From Clostridia bacterium (GTDB lineage Bacteria; Bacillota; Clostridia; UBA1212; DUPL01), in NCBI GenBank assembly GCA_050951325.1, contig JBMNIW010000012.1, positions 224,001 through 288,000 on the forward strand: a stretch of DNA of 64,000 nt, given 5' to 3'. The notes beneath the pieces were generated by a model. That model saw only the letters and a list, made by a program, of their open reading frames with translations, was not told the DNA's origin and did no database searches. The position numbers and the translations under genes are program-made. Positions 57,727 to 64,000 of this stretch are shown here, piece by piece. Every line of letters starts with the position of its first letter. Position 1 is the stretch's first letter.

Positions 57727-58943
57727 ATTCCCTTGTCCTTTGCTTTCTTTTTAATGGAAATTACAACAATTATTGCAGCAACCACCAAAGCAGCAGCAAC
57801 TATTATAATATAAATTTTGGTGTTGTCTTGCTCGTCTTCATTTTTCGAAGAACCGGTCTTTTCAGGAGTGTCAGTAGGAACTGCTGTAGGAGTTGGTTCA
57901 GGGGTAGGTGCGGGCGTTGGAGTTGCAAATATCTCATCCACATTGGTACTTCTGCCCAATGCCGCATTGCCCCATACGCAGCAATCTATACCAATACCAT
58001 CACCAGCTGGAGATGTATACAACTTTAGCCTTTTTGCCCCAGTTATATCCACCACCAAAAGTTCCGGATCATCTCCCATCTTTAAAATACCGCTCCGAGC
58101 TTTTTCTTCTCCATCAACCTCCACTATGAATTGGGCATTTGATTCTATCAGATTTGGCACGGTTTTGTCATCAAGACCTACATAGGAAGCAAATGTTGTA
58201 AAGCCCAGCCCTTCTATGTCTATTTCAACAAAAACCGCCCCTTCATAATGCCCGCTTGTCATGCCCAAACCTTTGTCATAAACAGTTCCAGCTACCTGTA
58301 ATGGCTCAAAAAGATAATTTCTGTCCGTATGCACGCTGAAAGTGCTCTCCTGATTATGGCATGAAGAGTTTACCCATTTCAGATCGCTAAGAAATACATT
58401 ATTCAAGTTCTTAACGTCCTCATCCTGCTTGCCATCCTCAGGTTTTGGCACATCCTCTTCATTGTATATGACCTCGAAATAGTCAATATTTACACTTCCA
58501 GTAGCAATCATGGTAACTTTGGAACCCTCTGGTATGTAAAAGCCTACAGCAGATGCTTCAAGTTCATCTCCACCATATGGATACCAATCACCGGAAGGCG
58601 GAAAATATATTGAACCAACTGCTATGTTTCGACCGTTCTCTTCCACATAAACTACAACATCCCCCATACCAGGTGTCGCATAAATCATTTTTATCTCGGT
58701 ACATTTTGGTGCGTTTTCATAAACCAGATAGTATTGGATATTGTTTTCATTATCTAATGTATGGTCAACTCCAATAAATCTTCCACCACTTGCACCTGCA
58801 TCATCTACTGTGACATATTGGCCGGTTGCATTTTCTGCTTCAAGTTTGACAATTTCTGCTTTATCTTCCGCAAAACCAATGATTAGCGACAAACATAATA
58901 ACACGCATACGATTAGTACAGTAAAAATCAGCTTTATTCGCAT
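57723..58943 (-). CDS. Membrane-anchored non-catalytic protein: CBM6/35-like + NPCBM (CBM51-like) + PT linker
   Basis: KLEAE...ASGG...VNIDYFE; FLSDLKW...YDKGLG...FASYVGLDD...VDITGAKRLKL...WGNA; C-terminal TM + KKK. Confidence 0.8.
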   Translation of the reverse strand: MRIKLIFTVLIVCVLLCLSLIIGFAEDKAEIVKLEAENATGQYVTVDDAGASGGRFIGVDHTLDNENNIQYYLVYENAPKCTEIKMIYATPGMGDVVVYVEENGRNIAVGSIYFPPSGDWYPYGGDELEASAVGFYIPEGSKVTMIATGSVNIDYFEVIYNEEDVPKPEDGKQDEDVKNLNNVFLSDLKWVNSSCHNQESTFSVHTDRNYLFEPLQVAGTVYDKGLGMTSGHYEGAVFVEIDIEGLGFTTFASYVGLDDKTVPNLIESNAQFIVEVDGEEKARSGILKMGDDPELLVVDITGAKRLKLYTSPAGDGIGIDCCVWGNAALGRSTNVDEIFATPTPAPTPEPTPTAVPTDTPEKTGSSKNEDEQDNTKIYIIIVAAALVVAAIIVVISIKKKAKDKGI

Positions 58944-58948
58944 TCAAT

Positions 58949-59539
58949 TCACCTCGCTATACAAGCCAAAGGATGCTTTTTTCTAAAAACAACCAGGCAT
59001 GAAACAACCATGACAGAAGCAGCAATCATTTCTAATGTGTCACTGGTTTTGGGATTGGTACTTTCAGCAACAACAAATTCAAAATAGTCAATGTTTACAC
59101 TCATGGTGGCTTTCATAACAATTGTTGACCCTTCCTCAATAGTTAAGTCTTCTGCCACTGAAACAAGCATGCTTTCGCCAAAAGGATCCCATCCACCTGT
59201 GGATTCAAACGCAAGAGCTCCAACCTCTTTCTCCTGTTCGCCTTCCAAAATGTAAATTTTCACTTCACCACCAACAACTGAACCTGTCCCATAAACCATT
59301 TTTATAGCTGTTGTGGCAGGCATGTCTTTGAAGATTAAATAATAGTTGTTTTCATTGTTTTCGTCCAAGGTATGGTCGATTCCAATGTATTTGCCCGCAC
59401 TAGCTTCCTGTGCCTCAACAACAACGTATTTGCCTTCTGTATCTTCCGCTTCCATTTTTAAAGTAGTCTGTTCTGCAAATGAAAGCAGAAAACTAGTTAC
59501 TATGAAGAAAGCAACAAAAACGAATACTCTTTTTCTCAT
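58949..59539 (-). CDS. Sortase-anchored CBM6/35-like protein
   Basis: Signal peptide; KMEAE...ASAG...STGGW...VNIDYFEF; NPKTSD + TM + RKK; paralog of the next gene's N-domain. Confidence 0.75.
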   Translation of the reverse strand: MRKRVFVFVAFFIVTSFLLSFAEQTTLKMEAEDTEGKYVVVEAQEASAGKYIGIDHTLDENNENNYYLIFKDMPATTAIKMVYGTGSVVGGEVKIYILEGEQEKEVGALAFESTGGWDPFGESMLVSVAEDLTIEEGSTIVMKATMSVNIDYFEFVVAESTNPKTSDTLEMIAASVMVVSCLVVFRKKHPLACIAR

Positions 59540-59612
59540 ATGAATTCCTCCTGCTTTTTTTAGAATCATATTGAATCCAAGTATTCAATATCAATAGTTT
59601 TGATTTAACAAA

Positions 59613-59640
59613 TCGATTTACAGAAACTTAATGTCGATTT
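59613..59640 (-). promoter_or_regulatory. Candidate AraC-type operator (direct repeats with 21-bp period)
   Basis: TCGATTT at 59613 and 59634 (plus strand), upstream of the CBM-GH20-murQK operon. Confidence 0.45.
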
Positions 59641-60522
59641 TCAGTTATCAAAAGGTGTTTTTGTTCGGTATTCACCAGGCGCAGCGCCTTTAAAAGATTT
59701 GAACTGTGATATAAAGCTGCTTTCAGACTTGTAGCCTATCTCCATGCTTATCTGTTTAACTGACATATTGGTGAAAGATAGTAAGTCGCATGCTTTAAGA
59801 AGCCTGTAGTTCTTTAAATAGTTGTATGGTGTAAAACCTGTCTCCTTTTTGAAAACCCTTATTAAATGATCTGGAGAAACATGCACCACCCTGGCCATGT
59901 CTTTTATTGTTATGTCTTTTTTGTAGTTGTCTCTAATGAATTTTATTACCCGGTCCACCGTTCCCTGCTCTTTGCTTGCTGATGTATTAAGATTGGTATT
60001 TTCCAAAAGATCGTATATTAACTGTGATATTGCCCTTGATGAATCCAGGTCGTTTGAATAACCCGTCAGCAATTGCTCTATTCTAGCAGTTATTGTTTCA
60101 GTATTATTTATGGTGAACACATAACCTTTATTTTCAATCATGTAATTGATTAACCCAAGATTGTTTGCACCAACTATATGTATCCAGTAAAACTCCCACA
60201 TTTTATTACCTGGGGTAAAATATTCGCATGGCTGGCCGGCAGGAACAATACACGCCATGTGGTGTTTTAAAACATACCTGTTTTTATTAAATATCAAGAC
60301 ACCTTCCCCACCCACGGTAAACATCATCAGTATGCCCGAATTTCCTTGTGGCTTGTTGATGCGATAAAGACTGTTGCAGTTGTGCCATCCCACTGAAAGA
60401 TAGTAATCAAGAACTCCTTTGTTTGCATGGGGAATCATGTTTCTAATTATTCTGACTTGTCCAAAATCTCCAGATACATCGTACATAATACACACCCTTG
60501 TTGCTTGTTTTACTCGGACCAT
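59641..60522 (-). CDS. AraC-family regulator
   Basis: Cupin domain (WEFYWIH) and HTH (GYKSESSFISQFKSFKGAAPGEYR). Confidence 0.9.
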   Translation of the reverse strand: MVRVKQATRVCIMYDVSGDFGQVRIIRNMIPHANKGVLDYYLSVGWHNCNSLYRINKPQGNSGILMMFTVGGEGVLIFNKNRYVLKHHMACIVPAGQPCEYFTPGNKMWEFYWIHIVGANNLGLINYMIENKGYVFTINNTETITARIEQLLTGYSNDLDSSRAISQLIYDLLENTNLNTSASKEQGTVDRVIKFIRDNYKKDITIKDMARVVHVSPDHLIRVFKKETGFTPYNYLKNYRLLKACDLLSFTNMSVKQISMEIGYKSESSFISQFKSFKGAAPGEYRTKTPFDN

Positions 60523-60602
60523 TTTGTTTCACGTACATTATATCACACACTTGTTGACAAGTCAGGGAATCGAACAGGTGGAATTGCTTAAACGATAGTA
60601 AT

Positions 60603-61307
60603 TTATGTTCCGAATATAGCAACCTGCTGTCTGGTTAGTTTGAATTCGCCGTTCCTCCATGAAAGAGTATTGTTTATATATCCAAGCCTGTCGGCATGAT
60701 ACCTTCCTGATATCCCTTGAAAACCAAACAGCTCATACTTTCCATCCGATTCAAAATCAATAGGAAACAAACCGCTCAATGGATCTACAAAGCCTTCTAT
60801 GGGTTCTTTTAATCTACCCGCCTCATCATAGATCTCGCTCAAATAGTCAATTCCTCTGTTTGATATGTCAATTAAGTACCTCTCGTTATTATACAGACTG
60901 GTTACCTCAACTTTATAATAATCCAGGTATATGACAGTATACTTGTATTTCTCGTCATATTCCTCAAAGTCAAACATGAGTCTGGGCATGAAGTTCATGA
61001 AGGAATATACGTAATAGAATATGATGCCTCCGGAACCGCCTGATGCGATACTTATAAGGATATCAGGCACTCCATTTCCCATAAAATCAAATAATGTTAT
61101 AGTCGGACCAAATCCTGAATCAACCCTAAGAGGTACATTTCTAATGGCTCCTGTCATTCCATCCTGCACAGACAAGGTTATGTTCCTTAGATATATGCTG
61201 TCCTGCGTAAATACTCCAACCAAAGATATAGTATCCAAAATACCGTCTCCCGTAACATCTCCTTTTACGGTTGTAATTATCCCAGTATTTGTTGAAAAGC
61301 CGTTCAC
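60603..61307 (-). CDS. VCBS/FG-GAP-repeat protein (clostridial spore-coat-associated type)
   Basis: GDVTGDGILD, DFMGNGVPD, SGGSGG and DFESDGKYE repeats; GGAGG + GTG start; upstream AC-N17-CATATAATA SigK-like promoter. Confidence 0.7.
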   Translation of the reverse strand: MNGFSTNTGIITTVKGDVTGDGILDTISLVGVFTQDSIYLRNITLSVQDGMTGAIRNVPLRVDSGFGPTITLFDFMGNGVPDILISIASGGSGGIIFYYVYSFMNFMPRLMFDFEEYDEKYKYTVIYLDYYKVEVTSLYNNERYLIDISNRGIDYLSEIYDEAGRLKEPIEGFVDPLSGLFPIDFESDGKYELFGFQGISGRYHADRLGYINNTLSWRNGEFKLTRQQVAIFGT

Positions 61308-61373
61308 TATGCTTCCTCCAAAAGACAACTATCATATCTATTATATGTTTCCGCCTCTTTTTTTGTTCATATG

Positions 61374-61460
61374 AAAAAAGGTAACTGCTTTTTACGCTGC
61401 ACCACTCTCATAAGGGGAAGAGTGTTAAATTTATGATGCAGCATAACCGACAGTTACCAT
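61374..61460 (-). ncRNA. Putative small RNA or structured leader ending in a U6 tract
   Basis: Three nested stems (61380-87/61451-58; 61392-402/61436-46; 61403-08/61419-24). Mismatches become G-U only on the minus strand. Confidence 0.45.
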
Positions 61461-61667
61461 TTTGGCAAAATTTAAGTGCATAAATAGCTTATGATAAACA
61501 ATACCCTAAATCAACATATAAAATTGTCTAAAATTAAATATTAGTTGTCTGTTATGAAAAAATTCCATACATTGAACAAAATTGTGCGTTGCAAAGTATC
61601 TGCAAGTCATGCTATACTCATAAATAGAACAATTATCCAATGTATTTCAATATTTTTCGAGGTGACT

Positions 61668-62591
61668 TTGTTGCAGCTTTATACAATTGGCAGAGAATTC
61701 AGTGCAGGTAAAATAGTGCCTGTTAAATGTGTGTGCAGCGACAGTTTGGAAAGGATAAATATAAAAGACAAAAGCTTTTTGCTGGTCATACTGGAGGAAG
61801 GTTCCCTGACTTTTGAAATTAAGGACAAAATATATGATGCAAAGGGACCTTGCTTTCTATGCTTTGATGAAACTGCAAATCCTTATGTATTAAAAAGGAA
61901 AAACATAAAAGCAAGAAGTATTTACTTCCATCCTCAGTTCATTAACATAAACATGAGGCTGGATTTCATTAGAAGCCAGGGATACTTTGATTTTGCTTTC
62001 AACCATGACTTGTTTCTCCTGGAACCCTTCATGAGCGATACATATGTAATTCCCTTGCATATTGAATATCTTGAAAGAATCAATGAATGCTACCTAAGAA
62101 TCAAAGAAAATTTAGAGATGCAAAGAGACATTCTCTGGTCCTGCCGTGCCAGATCCTACTTCATGGAGGTAATCATTGTAATTGAAAGGTTGTATGATGT
62201 AATTAGAAATTTGGAATCCAGCGAGCCTGAGTACCATGAATTCGTAAAAAAAGCATTGACCTTCATAGAAAACCACTATGGTGAAGACATCTCCTTAAGT
62301 GACATCATAAAAGCCAGCGAATCGAACCATACAACTCTGGGAAAGCTCTTTGGCGAGGAACTCAATATGACGCCTATGAAATACCTATGGTACTACAGAA
62401 TCCTCATAGCAAAGAAGCATCTGTCTTTTACCGATATTCCTTTAAAGGAAATAGCCTTCAGGTGTGGTTTCAAAACCGTTTCCCACTTCTCCAGGGTCTT
62501 TAAGGAACACACAGGAAAATCGCCTCTTATGTATCGAAAATCTGCTGTTGAAGAAAGAAAAGCATCAATGGCAAACAATGTCTATTCATAG
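61668..62591 (+). CDS. AraC-family regulator
   Basis: WSCRARSYF and C-terminal HTH (CGFKTVSHFSRVFKEHTGKSPLMYR); GAGGTG RBS + TTG. Confidence 0.87.
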   Translation: MLQLYTIGREFSAGKIVPVKCVCSDSLERINIKDKSFLLVILEEGSLTFEIKDKIYDAKGPCFLCFDETANPYVLKRKNIKARSIYFHPQFININMRLDFIRSQGYFDFAFNHDLFLLEPFMSDTYVIPLHIEYLERINECYLRIKENLEMQRDILWSCRARSYFMEVIIVIERLYDVIRNLESSEPEYHEFVKKALTFIENHYGEDISLSDIIKASESNHTTLGKLFGEELNMTPMKYLWYYRILIAKKHLSFTDIPLKEIAFRCGFKTVSHFSRVFKEHTGKSPLMYRKSAVEERKASMANNVYS

Positions 62592-63370
62592 ATTTCGTCA
62601 TGATCTTTCAAGTAGTTTAGCGTTTCATTTACAATTATTTTAAAAGACTCTTCTTTTTCCATGTCCGTTTCACCTGGAAACAAATCATAATAGTTGGTAA
62701 TAAACTGAGTTTTTAAACTTTCAGCATTTGGTGCTTCATCAAACATTCTTGCATAAAGAAGGCATGCACCAGCCAGTCCTCCCACAGGTGTTGTATGCAT
62801 ATATCTGTCATTTATGCTCAAATGCTCACTTGTGAAGTTGTATCGGAACCTTAACCTGTTTAAATAACCCTGCCAATTGGCACAGTTGAGCATGTAATAG
62901 CCCACTGCGTTTCTTACACCATTTACATATTCATTGTCAGCAGGAAAAAGAATTATATCAGTATCGATCTCTTTAAACCTCTCAAGAAGATCGGATATTA
63001 TAGAAACATCATCATCCGTATATATTGTTGATAGAACAAGAATATCGTAATACCCTTCCCTCAATTTTATATGCTCGGGCAGAGTGCCAGAACCATCAAC
63101 ATATGTATTGGAATAGAGGCTCTTTACACTGGTCGTAAATATGGCATCGACCTCTATATCTGTTTTTCCATTCTCTATTAGAATTTTCTTGAAAGTTTCG
63201 ATAACCTCGCTGGTTGAGAAAAAACTGTTTCCAACAGCAAGTATTTTTAAATCCTTCTCTTTGGAGTAATTTTTGGGCTGGTGGGGATTTTCCTCTTTTT
63301 CTGTACTGTTGCACCCAACAGCGCTCATAAGAATAACCACGGCCATAACAATGCATGCAATTCTTTTCAC
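62582..63370 (-). CDS. Lipoprotein, SGNH-hydrolase-like
   Basis: Lipobox AVGC; ILAVGNSF and DRYMHTTPVG (D..H) motifs. Confidence 0.65.
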   Translation of the reverse strand: MKRIACIVMAVVILMSAVGCNSTEKEENPHQPKNYSKEKDLKILAVGNSFFSTSEVIETFKKILIENGKTDIEVDAIFTTSVKSLYSNTYVDGSGTLPEHIKLREGYYDILVLSTIYTDDDVSIISDLLERFKEIDTDIILFPADNEYVNGVRNAVGYYMLNCANWQGYLNRLRFRYNFTSEHLSINDRYMHTTPVGGLAGACLLYARMFDEAPNAESLKTQFITNYYDLFPGETDMEKEESFKIIVNETLNYLKDHDEIYE

Positions 63371-63475
63371 AACTATCACCCTGATTCTTGATAAATAAAT
63401 CATATATAAAAAGAAATACCAAATCAATATGGCTTTTTATCCAAGATGAAATAAAGTTTGTCTGATTTTAAATTG

Positions 63476-63886
63476 TCATTTACATGCAGGACAATAACCG
63501 TAAATGGCAAGCTTATGTCCTTCTATTGAAAAATCAGTCTCTCTTTCCAGAGTTTCCTGATACTCCTTTATCGGACACTTGTCAATGACCGTTTTCTTTC
63601 TACACCTCAAACATACAAGATAGTGTCTGTGCCCTTTCCTTATGGATTCAAACAAGGCAGAATCCTCTCCGGTAAAACTTAGTTTTCTAACAAAGTCAAG
63701 TGCCACAAGCTTGTCCAGAGTTCTGTAGACTGTGGATAAACTTATTCTTACCTTGTCCTCCTTTAGCCTTTCATATATATCCTGTGCCGATACTGGAACT
63801 TCATAACTTTCCAAAACTTCCATAATCCTTGTTCTATGAGGCGTGTTCTTAAGTCCGTTTTTCCTTAACTCCTTTTCAAACTCCAT
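63476..63886 (-). CDS. zur: Fur-family regulator, probably Zur
   Basis: TPHR, STVYRTL, HRHYLVCLRC and YGYCPAC motifs; overlapped by a ZnuB-like permease gene. Confidence 0.75.
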   Translation of the reverse strand: MEFEKELRKNGLKNTPHRTRIMEVLESYEVPVSAQDIYERLKEDKVRISLSTVYRTLDKLVALDFVRKLSFTGEDSALFESIRKGHRHYLVCLRCRKKTVIDKCPIKEYQETLERETDFSIEGHKLAIYGYCPACK

Positions 63887-64000
63887 CTTTCAACACTTCC
63901 TGATTTTAATATATATTTTACTGCGTATATTATGAAATACAGTCCAACACTCATTATTACTATCACACTACCTGGAGCCAGGTTGATATTATACGAAATC
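63865..64000 (-). CDS. Metal ABC transporter permease (ZnuB-like), C-terminal fragment
   Basis: Manual translation ISYNINLAPGSVIVIMSVGLYFIIYAVK..., matching the ABC-3 C-terminal SY...PG..IV pattern. Confidence 0.65.
   Translation of the reverse strand, partial: ISYNINLAPGSVIVIMSVGLYFIIYAVKYILKSGSVERWSLKRS

Noticed and set aside
1-64000. CRISPR array, cas genes, tRNA/rRNA, integrase or prophage, reverse transcriptase (DGR/retron)
   Set aside because: No regularly spaced 25-45 bp repeats, no tRNA or rRNA signatures, and no matching protein motifs were seen by eye.

Overview
AT-rich chromosomal DNA from a spore-forming Clostridia-like Firmicute (Tlp spore protein, sigmaA promoters, sortase-type sorting motifs). 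From left to right: a minus-strand type IV pilus cluster (pilA-pilC-pilM-pilN-pilO-pilB, with a c-di-GMP-binding MshEN motif on PilB); an intact IS1634-family element (4251-6240, TGCTA target duplication) sitting between the pilin promoter and the pilin gene; an ISLre2-family element (~6525-8507) with a ~550 bp highly structured non-coding 3' arm; lipid glycosyl/acyltransferases, a sulfatase, a YtrA-type ABC operon and oxidoreductases; a zinc-ribbon CD225/dispanin x2 + DUF2752 cluster; an SPFH/zinc-ribbon three-gene cluster; GH20, GH99-like and GH78 glycosidases; a complete Wadjet (jetABCD) anti-plasmid operon whose jetA appears to start at ATC inside an RBS-occluding hairpin; rplY-cobB; an S9 peptidase and a diguanylate cyclase; a PocR/CobW/UROD-like methyltransferase module; an AraC-linked amino-sugar/peptidoglycan salvage locus (surface CBM proteins, GH20, murQ, murK); and the end of a znuB-zur operon. 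No rRNA, tRNA or CRISPR array was seen. About 47150-47930 carries many 1-bp insertions that look like unpolished sequencing error. The best candidates for undescribed biology are the ISLre2 structured RNA (one loop is complementary to the jetA start), the IS that uncouples the pilin promoter, jetA translational control, and the dispanin and SPFH membrane modules. All family calls are by eye from motifs; no searches were run.
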